Assembly (NCBI GenBank): GCA_030141605.1
Contig: JAQGDQ010000148.1
Coordinates: 432,639 to 496,638 of the forward strand
Origin: Tubiluchus corallicola
Taxonomy: Eukaryota; Animalia; Priapulida
DNA: 64,000 nt
Direction of reading: 5' to 3'
The position numbers and the translations under genes are program-made. Below, one piece after another: positions 56,401-63,322 of the stretch; the stretch's first letter is position 1, and every line of letters begins with the position of its first letter. Below the pieces are notes generated by a model. The model was not told where the DNA came from and ran no database searches. It worked only from the letters and a program-made list of their open reading frames with translations.

Positions 56401-59400
56401 TCAAACTTGCAATTTTTTAGAAGCTTGCTGGAATCAGAGCGAAACAATGGCTTTCATTTTTTCGACAAAATTTGTGAGTTTGTCTTGCTGTGAAAACCTA
56501 CATCAATCTGCAGGGACTGAGTCTTGAAACTCAAATTTTGTCCTTCTTTACCAAGCATAATCTTAGAGCGACATTGGTGGATATATATCTATGGTTAACC
56601 TTTGTAAATTTTAAAGTAGTCAATGAATTTTCTTAATAGTCCTTTATACTTGGCTATTACTTATTAACTATTTTACCTACCTTGTACTTTGTTTCTAAGT
56701 TTGCAGCCCTTGCATAAATCATTTTTGACCAATGGAATAAAAATTTTGCCAAAAAACAAAAAGTGGCTGGAGTTTTGAAATAAAATTCATCACATTACTC
56801 CAAGGCCAATCTAATGTTTTTTTGATGATGATACTTCATGCAGACCTTGTATTTGCTATCTAGGTGTCAAAACTCGGAGGTGGTGAGGCAGAGGAGGGGG
56901 ATGAAGGGGGTACCCAAGAGGATGATGATGATATTCCAGAAGTGGTGAGGTTGGAGGAAACTCGCGGCTACCTTGAACCAACTATAGCTATCTTAGCATT
57001 TATTCATTCGTGCGTTTCATTCTCAATGCTCGTTGCGTACTACTATCTAAAGGTAATTTACAATGGAATTTTGATGTTTAATGTTACTTAATGAAGAAAA
57101 ACGACCCTTTCTTAGCATAGGACATATGTAAGTTTTTAGTAGAATTGTTCAAAAATTATGAACAATAATAAAAAATGTGTGTATACTTTAAAATATACTT
57201 GAGTAAGCAAATTAATTGGGGTGAACTACTGATGAAACTGCATTATATTGAAACAAACATGAATGAAGACATAAATTTTTATTTATAGAATTGCCTTTAT
57301 TCTGTAGTTGGTTTTGCATTTATAGCCAGCCATATGCAATGAAGTAAATAAATCCTCATATTTTATCCTTTTTAATTTAACTAATGTTCTGTGGATTATG
57401 CACAGGTGCCGTTGGCAATCTTCAAGCGCGAGAAGGAAGTGTGTCGACTCCTGCTATTTGATGGTTTGTACATAGCGGAGCAACCAAGTGAAGACGATGT
57501 CAAAGCTCTTTGGGATAAACTAGTCATCAGCACTCAGTCTTTTCCTGAAAATTACTGGGATAAATTCATCAAGAAAGAGGTGAAATTATTCTGCCAAAAT
57601 GTTACCTATTAAATTATGCATTGATTATCATTTACTAAAGTAGTACAATGTAGTTGACCATGTATTTTGCTCGTTTATATTTTATTATGTAGTACATGTA
57701 TGCTGTGTGCAATAATGTCTTCAAAAATTTGCTTCTTACAATTCCTTCAATTCACGGGCAGGGCACGTAGTACAGACATTGAGACCAGTGCTGTACAACT
57801 CAGTAATACACACAATAGGCCTAAATGAAGCCAACATATAATAAAAGGAACAAGTGGATCTTTACTTAGTCATTATACCTGTTAATTTTGTATAATTCCT
57901 ATGTCATTTCTTTGATAACAATGTATTCCACGATGACTGTTGCATGTGCTTCTTTCCGTCATTCTTGTTCTGCAGATGTTCATTTTCGCTATTATGGCAT
58001 TGTAATTGTACAGGTAAGAGAAAAATACAGCGAGCAGTACGATTTTGATGCAATAACTGCTCTGTTGGGCATGGACACCTCTGAAACTGTTGAACCCACG
58101 ACCAAGAAGAAGGAACGAGGTGGCATTATTTCATTGTAAGTTAACCTATTCTGGTTATTGTTGTTGTTTCAGTTATTTTATAATCAGTAATAGTTAACAG
58201 GTGCTAGTTTGTGTAATTGCACTCTGCATCATTTATATGTCTTAAATGACATGATTGCAAAATTCAATGTAAATTTTAAAATCATCTGCAGTTGAAAAAA
58301 AGCAGACATATTTCAAAATCAGTGCATTTACTGTAAATCTATCACCACTTGTTTTTGAGCGTAATCATAATAATTTCATGAAGGAGCATTATATGGCTAG
58401 CTCGTCTACCTGTAATTCTACTCTTTTGCTTACTTCCTAAATTAAAATTTATTGATTTTTTGTGTTAGTTTGAGTTCTATTGACTGGAAATATCAGATAT
58501 GGAAATCTGGAGTTATTCTGACTAACAATGTAAGTAGCTCATGCTTCCCTCTTTGTAAAATAATTGTGCAGTGGATTGGTCTCTAAATTGACAGTATATC
58601 TACAACAACAGTGACTGTGTTCGTTCAACAAAATTAATTCAGGCTGTCTCAGCCCATACAGAGAATAGTAACCTTGAATTAGGTTGCTGTTTGCCTTTAA
58701 CTGACCAAATGTTAGAAAAATATTTTTTACTTTCAAATTAAATATTTTCATTTTTTAATCTTTCAAGAACCTAAAACCAGTTTAATCAAGCTTTGGGTTA
58801 TAAATTTGGCATTTATTAAAATTATAATTTCTTGAAAATTATATGATGCAGATTATAATCTGTTTACCAGTCTGTGTTCGGTGCATTGAAAGATAGTTTA
58901 TGTTTTATTATCTTGTTTTATTTCATATAGTCATTCCTTTACATTCTGTGGTACTTTCTCTTCTCCGTACTGGGAAATTTCAACTATTTTTTCTTTGCTG
59001 CACACTTGCTGGACGTGGTGATTTCCATCAAAGCCCTCAGTACGATCATGCAATCCATCACGCACAATGGAAAACAAGTAAGCTATGTGTTAGTTAACTT
59101 TTCTGCAAAACATATTTTTCTGAGAATTGCAAATTTATGAAAACGTATAACCAATAGTGTCATAGTTTGTTAGCTAACAAGCGAAAGAAACCTGGCCATA
59201 AAGTGCTAAAAAGTTCCTGTTAAAATCTGAACTGTCTGTCAACCTTTTCCACACCTGCCAACCGCTTGACGAGAAAATGACTGTGAAATGTAGAAAGCCC
59301 AGGGGACATCTCACCCTTGGCAGCTGTCCCAGTGGGGTGAGAATTATACCCCAGAAATTTTTGCTTTTGTTGGTTTCAAAATCAAATTAACAAAAAATAA

Positions 59401-62153
59401 CGTTATTTTTGGGTACTACTGAGCTTTCTTTTGTTGTTGTTGCATGTCACTATGCTTCATGTATAATTGTGCTCTTCTGTACACATGAAAAAGCTCAATA
59501 ACACCCAAAAGAGCTTAATTTTCAATAAACGTAATATCATTTGATGTAATATATATCGTGAATTGTGTTGTGGTTGATACTGATAGCAAAGGAAGCCAGA
59601 TGATTTGCGAACTTACTTGTGAAGTTGTAAAATGCATGAGAACTGAAATTTGATGTGCTGCGTATGTGACATGTGTAATGCGTAAGAGTTGGCAGGTTTG
59701 CTTTTTACCCTTTTCATCAGTTTGTAATGTTATGACTGAGAGCCAGAGTAGCAATCATTCCATGTTCTTAATCTTTTCTCATATAATTTTTCACCTCTCT
59801 AAATCGTTACAACCAATCTGTGTGTGCATTCAGTGGACATGCAGTTCTTCTGTGATTTTCTAAATGTGGACCTGTGTTTTTGCTGTATCATGGATATAAA
59901 CTAATGCAGTACAACTGTTATGCAGCTGCTGTTGACACTTATGATGATGACAATAGTTGTGTACATCTACACGGTGCTAGCATTCAATTTCTTCCGCAAA
60001 TTTTACTCTACGGAAGGCGAGGATGGAGGGGAAGCAGAAGACAAGTGCCACACAATGGCTACGGTAAATGTGTTAGCTCATTTTATTGGCATTATTATAT
60101 TTAATGCGAATTGTAATCTCCTTGGCCAGCTGGCAGTTAGTTGCAATCAAGCATATTACATTTGCTAATTACTCTGATTAAATACCTGAAGTTGTTCCAG
60201 TGCTGTTGCAGTCATCATTTTTGTATCACTATTCCTCTTACAGTGCTTTCTCTTCCATCTATACGTGGGTGTGCGGCAGGGAGGAGGAATTGGAGATGCC
60301 ATTGGAGAACCAGATGGTGATGATTATGAACTCTATCGAATCATTTTTGACATTACGTTTTTCTTCTTCGTCATTGTCATCTTGCTGGCTATTATACAAG
60401 GTGAGTATTGCTACTAATCAATGATAAAATCGACCACTCACTGCTCTAATCCGGGTCCTGGCCCTTTAGTGTTACAATTTCAAAGCCATTTTTGCCATAC
60501 TGTATATAATGATGTCACAATCACACTTCAATTTGATGTGCAGGTTATATGTTCTCAAAAGTACCTAGCAAAATGCTTATATATGGTTCAAGTTCAACAT
60601 AGTTTAGTTCTGGAGTTTTGAGTCTAATTCTTCATTCTACATCACTTCTTTATTTAATCTAAATAATTTTCATTGTCTAGCATTTGAACTCTTATTGACC
60701 CCTGCTGTTTTATTCCCTTCTTTAGGTTTGATCATCGATGCATTTGGTGAATTGAGAGGCCAGCTGGAGCAAGTCAAGGAAGACATGGAGGTATAAAAAA
60801 TGATAAAATTTCCTAAATTTATAAAACCAAATTGTACAATTATATATCTGTTTATCATGCTGAGCGTGCAAGTATTATGGACAAATGCTTAGTGCTATTG
60901 CAAGCATAGACAAGGCTAGTACAAAAGCACTCTTTGTACAATGCCATATTATTTCACACTGCACTACACTCACTGTACAATACGATGTCATCATTTACCA
61001 TATCTGTACCTAATAAGCTGAATTTCCTGTCTTTGGTCTCATGTAATTATTGTATTAAACTGGAGCTATTTTTATTACAGTCACAATGCTTCATCTGTAG
61101 TATTGGCAAGGATTATTTTGACAAAGTACCTCATGGTTTCGACATTCATGTGCAGAAGGAGCATGATTTTGCAAACTATTTGTAAGTTTATTTATTAGAA
61201 ATTAAAATTGGAATGTAGATATCATATCACATTATGCGATCTATGATATCACATTGTATGCAGGCTATAATAGTAGTAACCTCTCCATTCGGACTGCTCG
61301 TACAGTATACAAATTCTAACATTTAGTGAATTAAAAAAATCACAATTAGAAAGCAAGGAAAAAAGCATGAAAAAACACATTTCAAACTATGGGATTTTTT
61401 AATTCATTGCTACTATTCTTATCTTTAAAAATCAATCTGCATTAAACTCTTACATTTGCTGGTGAAAGAAAAGCAATGCAACATTTACATTTGCAGATTT
61501 TCTATTCTGTTAGCCTTATCAACAACCTTAACTCCTGTCCAACATTTTTTTCATTTTCGCTTGTTCATTATTTAGGTTCTTTCTGATGCACTTGATAAAT
61601 AAGCCTGATACAGAATATACCGGACAGGTAAGAAAATAGAGACTTTACAATGTTATTTTTTATTTTATACTTTATTAGCAATGAAATTCCCTAATGTGCG
61701 CGTGCATTGAAAATATTTCGTTAAATACCTCGTTCTTTGGAATAGCAAGGCCTTGCAAGACATAGAACGGACCCTTCTCTAAACAGTAATGACGTCGCAT
61801 TCACTATCACTATCTTCGTCATGATTCATCATTGTTTTGAACCAAAAAAGTGCTGCAGCAACATCAGCTGTGACATCATAGTGTTACTACTGCAAGTCGA
61901 TTTTGCCAAGTTTATTTTCCTGTTGTATAATTTTAGCTGTTGTCCATCATTTAAATTGTCAAGCTTGTCATCACCCGAGAACAGAATAAGTTTATACAAC
62001 AATTTATCCTGTATTTTGTCTTCACTGCCACTATCTGTTGTCTATTTACAGGAAACTTATGTATACGAACTATACCAGAAGAGATCATGGGATTTCTTCC
62101 CAGTTGGTGACTGTTTCCGCAAACAGTATGAGAACGAATTAATGCAAACGTAA
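291..62153 (+). CDS. RyR: Ryanodine receptor, 5'-partial multi-exon gene (85 exons traced in window)
   Basis: Spliced translation gives RyR hallmarks in order: YAVRIFPGQ (SPRY3), [33 protein letters not shown] (CaMBD), LCEGHN, IQGPC, GGGIGD pore, [21 protein letters not shown]-stop. All introns are GT-AG with consistent phases. Confidence 0.98.
720..940 (+). CDS. RyR: RyR exon (SPRY3 start)
   Basis: [21 protein letters not shown]|gt. Confidence 0.9.
1359..1480 (+). CDS. RyR: RyR exon (SPRY3)
   Basis: [16 protein letters not shown]|gttagt. Confidence 0.9.
3753..3927 (+). CDS. RyR: RyR exon (SPRY3)
   Basis: [33 protein letters not shown]. Confidence 0.93.
4066..4152 (+). CDS. RyR: RyR exon (SPRY3)
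   Basis: [29 protein letters not shown]. Confidence 0.95.
4554..4743 (+). CDS. RyR: RyR exon
   Basis: [27 protein letters not shown]. Confidence 0.95.
5624..5705 (+). CDS. RyR: RyR exon
   Basis: [26 protein letters not shown]. Confidence 0.93.
5877..5998 (+). CDS. RyR: RyR exon
   Basis: [33 protein letters not shown]. Confidence 0.95.
6475..6520 (+). mobile_element. Degenerate 5S rRNA-derived fragment
   Basis: gaagcaatgccagacttagttagtaaatggatgtgtgac resembles the 5S box C region and the 18185-18250 copy. Confidence 0.35.
7049..7124 (+). CDS. RyR: RyR exon
   Basis: [18 protein letters not shown]. Confidence 0.93.
7374..7541 (+). CDS. RyR: RyR exon
   Basis: [18 protein letters not shown], phase 2-2. 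Confidence 0.88.
8550..8696 (+). CDS. RyR: RyR exon
   Basis: [28 protein letters not shown]. Confidence 0.92.
8994..9100 (+). CDS. RyR: RyR exon
   Basis: [26 protein letters not shown]. Confidence 0.93.
9276..9340 (+). CDS. RyR: RyR exon
   Basis: [17 protein letters not shown]. Confidence 0.9.
9586..9684 (+). CDS. RyR: RyR exon
   Basis: [23 protein letters not shown]. Confidence 0.93.
9875..9973 (+). CDS. RyR: RyR exon
   Basis: [25 protein letters not shown]. Confidence 0.95.
10762..11023 (+). CDS. RyR: RyR exon
   Basis: [22 protein letters not shown]. Confidence 0.9.
12179..12303 (+). CDS. RyR: RyR exon
   Basis: [33 protein letters not shown]. Confidence 0.95.
13001..13149 (+). CDS. 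RyR: RyR exon
   Basis: [26 protein letters not shown]. Confidence 0.95.
14145..14319 (+). CDS. RyR: RyR exon
   Basis: [25 protein letters not shown]. Confidence 0.95.
14729..14855 (+). CDS. RyR: RyR exon
   Basis: [27 protein letters not shown]. Confidence 0.95.
15282..15385 (+). CDS. RyR: RyR exon
   Basis: [29 protein letters not shown]. Confidence 0.95.
15512..15647 (+). CDS. RyR: RyR exon
   Basis: [27 protein letters not shown]. Confidence 0.96.
16647..16806 (+). CDS. RyR: RyR exon
   Basis: [30 protein letters not shown]. Confidence 0.96.
16926..17046 (+). CDS. RyR: RyR exon
   Basis: [26 protein letters not shown]. Confidence 0.95.
17601..17727 (+). CDS. RyR: RyR exon
   Basis: [29 protein letters not shown]. 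Confidence 0.95.
18185..18250 (-). mobile_element. 5S rRNA-derived fragment (SINE3-like or 5S pseudogene)
   Basis: Reverse strand reads cgaagttaagcagcacagggtctgcttagtaaatgcatggatga, resembling the 5S internal control region (gaagttaagcag..ttagta..ggatggg). Confidence 0.55.
18813..18985 (+). CDS. RyR: RyR exon
   Basis: [26 protein letters not shown]. Confidence 0.95.
19790..20010 (+). CDS. RyR: RyR exon
   Basis: [30 protein letters not shown]. Confidence 0.95.
20363..20585 (+). CDS. RyR: RyR exon
   Basis: [37 protein letters not shown]. Confidence 0.95.
20652..21034. mobile_element. MITE (non-autonomous DNA transposon), copy 1
   Basis: Perfect terminal inverted repeat taagccttttcacagtt (20652-20668) / aactgtgaaaaggctta (21018-21034); no coding capacity; homologous to copy at 25725-26131. 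Confidence 0.8.
21350..21690 (+). mobile_element. Possible decayed 3' end of CR1/L2-type LINE
   Basis: Broken reading VHTYPTHAS..(I)W(N)KI resembles the HxYxTR..LWN tail of CR1/L2 ORF2; many stops and frameshifts. Confidence 0.25.
21861..21980. repeat. (CTCTA/CTCTG)n pentanucleotide microsatellite
   Basis: About 24 tandem units. Confidence 0.95.
23444..23610 (+). CDS. RyR: RyR exon
   Basis: [24 protein letters not shown]. Confidence 0.95.
23828..23906 (+). CDS. RyR: RyR exon (Repeat3&4)
   Basis: [20 protein letters not shown]. Confidence 0.93.
24452..24541 (+). CDS. RyR: RyR exon (Repeat3&4)
   Basis: [22 protein letters not shown]. Confidence 0.93.
24728..24877 (+). CDS. RyR: RyR exon (Repeat3&4 phosphorylation loop)
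   Basis: [27 protein letters not shown]. Confidence 0.92.
25725..26131. mobile_element. MITE, copy 2 (same family as 20652-21034)
   Basis: cttttcacagttt..aaactgtgaaaaggctta ends; shared internal blocks such as aaccttacctagttcattttttcttgtt and cactctac..acagactaat. Confidence 0.8.
26441..26591 (+). CDS. RyR: RyR exon (Repeat3&4)
   Basis: [35 protein letters not shown]. Confidence 0.95.
26744..26867 (+). CDS. RyR: RyR exon (Repeat3&4)
   Basis: [27 protein letters not shown]. Confidence 0.95.
27090..27303 (+). CDS. RyR: RyR exon
   Basis: [23 protein letters not shown]. Confidence 0.93.
27798..27913 (+). CDS. RyR: RyR exon
   Basis: [27 protein letters not shown]. Confidence 0.95.
28414..28524 (+). 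CDS. RyR: RyR exon
   Basis: [28 protein letters not shown]. Confidence 0.95.
28731..28854 (+). CDS. RyR: RyR exon
   Basis: [25 protein letters not shown]. Confidence 0.93.
29025..29196. repeat. AT-rich tandem repeat (~55-57 nt unit)
   Basis: Repeated tatattactatatatttatttatt..atatattatgtattttagtaatattt; bounded by two attactacatgtccaa copies. Confidence 0.8.
29321..29435 (+). CDS. RyR: RyR exon
   Basis: [26 protein letters not shown]. Confidence 0.93.
30128..30236 (+). CDS. RyR: RyR exon
   Basis: [18 protein letters not shown]. Confidence 0.95.
30436..30572 (+). CDS. RyR: RyR exon
   Basis: [23 protein letters not shown]. Confidence 0.95.
31299..31422 (+). CDS. RyR: RyR exon
   Basis: [19 protein letters not shown]. 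Confidence 0.93.
32420..32589 (+). CDS. RyR: RyR exon
   Basis: [27 protein letters not shown]. Confidence 0.95.
32780..32990. repeat. Degenerate (ATC/ATT)n microsatellite
   Basis: Run of atc/att/gtc triplets. Confidence 0.8.
33038..33213 (+). CDS. RyR: RyR exon
   Basis: [19 protein letters not shown]. Confidence 0.92.
33879..34170. mobile_element. Possible TTAA-flanked non-autonomous DNA element
   Basis: GC-richer block bounded by ttaatggcca..tgcaca and tgtgca..gtgtccatttaa (imperfect inverted ends, TTAA both sides). Confidence 0.25.
34456..34526 (+). CDS. RyR: RyR exon
   Basis: [23 protein letters not shown]. Confidence 0.95.
34652..34739 (+). CDS. RyR: RyR exon
   Basis: [19 protein letters not shown]. 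Confidence 0.95.
35038..35180 (+). CDS. RyR: RyR exon
   Basis: [27 protein letters not shown]. Confidence 0.93.
35707..35833 (+). CDS. RyR: RyR exon
   Basis: [30 protein letters not shown]. Confidence 0.95.
36065..36127 (+). CDS. RyR: RyR exon
   Basis: [21 protein letters not shown]. Confidence 0.88.
36862..37014 (+). CDS. RyR: RyR exon
   Basis: [25 protein letters not shown]|gtgagt. Confidence 0.92.
38597..38709 (+). CDS. RyR: RyR exon encoding calmodulin-binding domain, variant A (canonical)
   Basis: [38 protein letters not shown], phase 0-2, 113 nt. Confidence 0.96.
38738..38856 (+). CDS. RyR: RyR duplicated calmodulin-binding-domain exon, variant B (mutually exclusive with A)
   Basis: tgtgcag|[40 protein letters not shown]|gtaacc, open, phase 0-2, 119 nt, 28 nt after exon A. 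Confidence 0.85.
41227..41320 (+). CDS. RyR: RyR exon
   Basis: [22 protein letters not shown]. Confidence 0.95.
41949..42107 (+). CDS. RyR: RyR exon
   Basis: [27 protein letters not shown]. Confidence 0.95.
42480..42563 (+). CDS. RyR: RyR exon
   Basis: [28 protein letters not shown]. Confidence 0.92.
42791..42970 (+). CDS. RyR: RyR exon
   Basis: [33 protein letters not shown]. Confidence 0.95.
43122..43215. repeat. Tandem duplication (~49 nt x2)
   Basis: tgtatcttcattaaattaatttcaatga..ttatgaactga then tgcatcttcattaaattaattttaatga..ttatgaattga. Confidence 0.8.
43369..43445 (+). CDS. RyR: RyR exon
   Basis: [25 protein letters not shown]. Confidence 0.95.
43590..43741 (+). CDS. RyR: RyR exon (contains Ca2+-site Glu, CEGHN)
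   Basis: [28 protein letters not shown]. Confidence 0.96.
43880..44025 (+). CDS. RyR: RyR exon
   Basis: [26 protein letters not shown]. Confidence 0.96.
45215..45391 (+). CDS. RyR: RyR exon (second Ca2+-site Glu)
   Basis: [28 protein letters not shown]. Confidence 0.96.
45691..45772 (+). CDS. RyR: RyR exon
   Basis: [25 protein letters not shown]. Confidence 0.93.
45984..46054 (+). CDS. RyR: RyR exon
   Basis: [23 protein letters not shown]. Confidence 0.95.
46441..46502 (+). mobile_element. Degenerate 5S rRNA-derived fragment
   Basis: gaagtcaa..gcctggtca..agatatgtgaccactgggaa resembles 5S gaagttaa..gcctggtta..ggatgggtgaccgcctgggaa. Confidence 0.4.
46716..46781 (+). CDS. RyR: RyR exon
   Basis: [22 protein letters not shown]. 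Confidence 0.95.
47214..47287 (+). CDS. RyR: RyR exon (EF-hand 1)
   Basis: [24 protein letters not shown]. Confidence 0.92.
47375..47405. repeat. (AT)n microsatellite
   Basis: About 15 AT units. Confidence 0.95.
47577..47741 (+). CDS. RyR: RyR exon (EF-hand 2)
   Basis: [37 protein letters not shown]. Confidence 0.96.
47840..47996 (+). CDS. RyR: RyR exon
   Basis: [28 protein letters not shown]. Confidence 0.96.
48272..48370 (+). CDS. RyR: RyR exon
   Basis: [28 protein letters not shown]. Confidence 0.96.
48756..48838 (+). CDS. RyR: RyR exon
   Basis: [13 protein letters not shown].. Confidence 0.9.
49630..49719 (+). CDS. RyR: RyR exon (divergent region 1)
   Basis: [29 protein letters not shown], phase 2-2. 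Confidence 0.82.
50000..50113 (+). CDS. RyR: RyR exon (divergent region 1)
   Basis: [27 protein letters not shown], phase 2-2. Confidence 0.82.
50821..51018 (+). CDS. RyR: RyR exon (divergent region 1)
   Basis: [24 protein letters not shown]. Confidence 0.85.
51554..51704 (+). CDS. RyR: RyR exon (divergent region 1)
   Basis: [22 protein letters not shown]|gtaagt. Confidence 0.8.
52757..52839 (+). CDS. RyR: RyR exon (divergent region 1; CAGCAG tandem acceptor)
   Basis: [27 protein letters not shown], phase 0-2. Confidence 0.78.
53500..53602 (+). CDS. RyR: RyR exon (divergent region 1)
   Basis: [34 protein letters not shown]|gtgagt. Confidence 0.85.
55827..55913 (+). CDS. RyR: RyR exon (TM S1)
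   Basis: [29 protein letters not shown]. Confidence 0.96.
56864..57052 (+). CDS. RyR: RyR exon (S1-S2 loop, S2)
   Basis: [28 protein letters not shown]. Confidence 0.95.
57406..57579 (+). CDS. RyR: RyR exon (S2-S3)
   Basis: [25 protein letters not shown]. Confidence 0.96.
58014..58135 (+). CDS. RyR: RyR exon (S2-S3)
   Basis: [21 protein letters not shown]. Confidence 0.93.
58469..58529 (+). CDS. RyR: RyR exon
   Basis: [20 protein letters not shown]. Confidence 0.95.
58931..59077 (+). CDS. RyR: RyR exon (S3, S4, S4-S5 linker)
   Basis: [49 protein letters not shown]. Confidence 0.96.
59926..60063 (+). CDS. RyR: RyR exon (S5)
   Basis: [34 protein letters not shown]. Confidence 0.96.
60244..60400 (+). 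CDS. RyR: RyR exon (pore helix, filter, S6)
   Basis: [52 protein letters not shown]. Confidence 0.97.
60726..60790 (+). CDS. RyR: RyR exon (S6 cytosolic)
   Basis: [22 protein letters not shown]. Confidence 0.96.
61081..61181 (+). CDS. RyR: RyR exon (CTD, C2H2 zinc finger)
   Basis: [33 protein letters not shown]. Confidence 0.96.
61576..61627 (+). CDS. RyR: RyR exon (CTD)
   Basis: [17 protein letters not shown]. Confidence 0.96.
62052..62153 (+). CDS. RyR: RyR terminal coding exon
   Basis: [36 protein letters not shown]. Confidence 0.97.
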   Translation, partial: ETYVYELYQKRSWDFFPVGDCFRKQYENELMQT

Positions 62154-63316
62154 CTCTTGACAGAAATGTGCAAAGTGTAGAAGAAATGGGAATGATAATT
62201 TCTATTACACTATAGATTTTAGAGGATAAGCTCAAATGATATTTATAAACCATTGCTTGTCTAGTCCAGTTATATCTAGTCATCCTGTTTTGTTTTTTGG
62301 TGCTAATTTTTTTTCTCAAATGTCCGTTTTTTGGTGCTGTAACCATTTGACTTCTTTTAATATGAATGAAGTGAGGTTGTCCAGACTACAACCTCTATAG
62401 CATGCACCCTTGTTGCAGCATTGCAAGAGATTGATAAAAATATGTAAAAAGTGGATCATGTGTAAAAGAAAAGGAATTATAGTTTTTTGAATACTTGATC
62501 CAATTGGCTGTATTTTTAAGTCAAATATTTTTTGTTTTGGATGCCCATGTAAATTGTTGTTAGTAAGAGTTTTTCAACTAAAAGAACTAGTAAAATTATC
62601 AGCTTTAGTGCGGCAGGATTTTGTATGTAAACTGGTATCCATCTTGGTTCTCGTTGAACTTTGAGATGGTAACAAGAGCTGCAGATATATTATTGATTTA
62701 CAGCCAAAAAAATTAGTTATCTTTATTTATTTGCAGTGCATGTTTGTAAAAACAAATCATTTATTTAGAATAGGCAGCTTATTGTTTTTTTGTTTTTTAC
62801 TTTACCATTTTATTTGTAACTTCATCTAGTCATTTTACACCTTTTTTGTGCAAAATGTGAGTTACCATTGATGCTTACAGTACTGTAGCACCTTCACAAA
62901 TTATTGTAGAATGCACTTATGTCTCCATAATTATGTTTTTAGTTTATTCAACTGACTTGCTTATACAAATAGTTACAAACAACAGGATTTCAAATATTTA
63001 TTGTTTGTTTAACGCTTTTGTATATCTAACACTTTTATTGCATTTTTTAATGAAAACAGAAAATTTCAACATCTTGGACAGACTAAGATTTCTGGAAGAT
63101 TGCAGAATTCATATTCAACTGATATTCATATTCATACTCAACTGCTTGACCCAAATTGCAGCATAAGAAGATTCAAGAACATGTTGCAAGTTATATTACC
63201 AAAATTCTTATACTTTACCTGTTGTTGAAGTTGAGTAAAATATACAGATTTATAAAATTGAAAATGTCTTTTGTAAGCATTCACATTAAATTTGCTACAG
63301 AAATTGAGATTGCGTT

Positions 63317-63322
63317 AATAAA
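63317..63322 (+). promoter_or_regulatory. Candidate polyadenylation signal of RyR 3' UTR
   Basis: AATAAA about 1.16 kb after the stop codon in AT-rich UTR-like sequence; other AATAAA/ATTAAA hexamers nearby make the choice uncertain. Confidence 0.3.

Noticed and set aside
58011-58019. cag|gtaaga at an exon start as a recursive site
   Set aside because: Explained by Val-Arg codons of a conserved, required exon.
61951-62346. 131-aa antisense ORF over the terminal exon (and other minus-strand ORFs such as 10726-11022, 27190-27480)
   Set aside because: Antisense shadows of coding exons or AT-rich sequence; no recognisable protein features, so no nested gene is supported.
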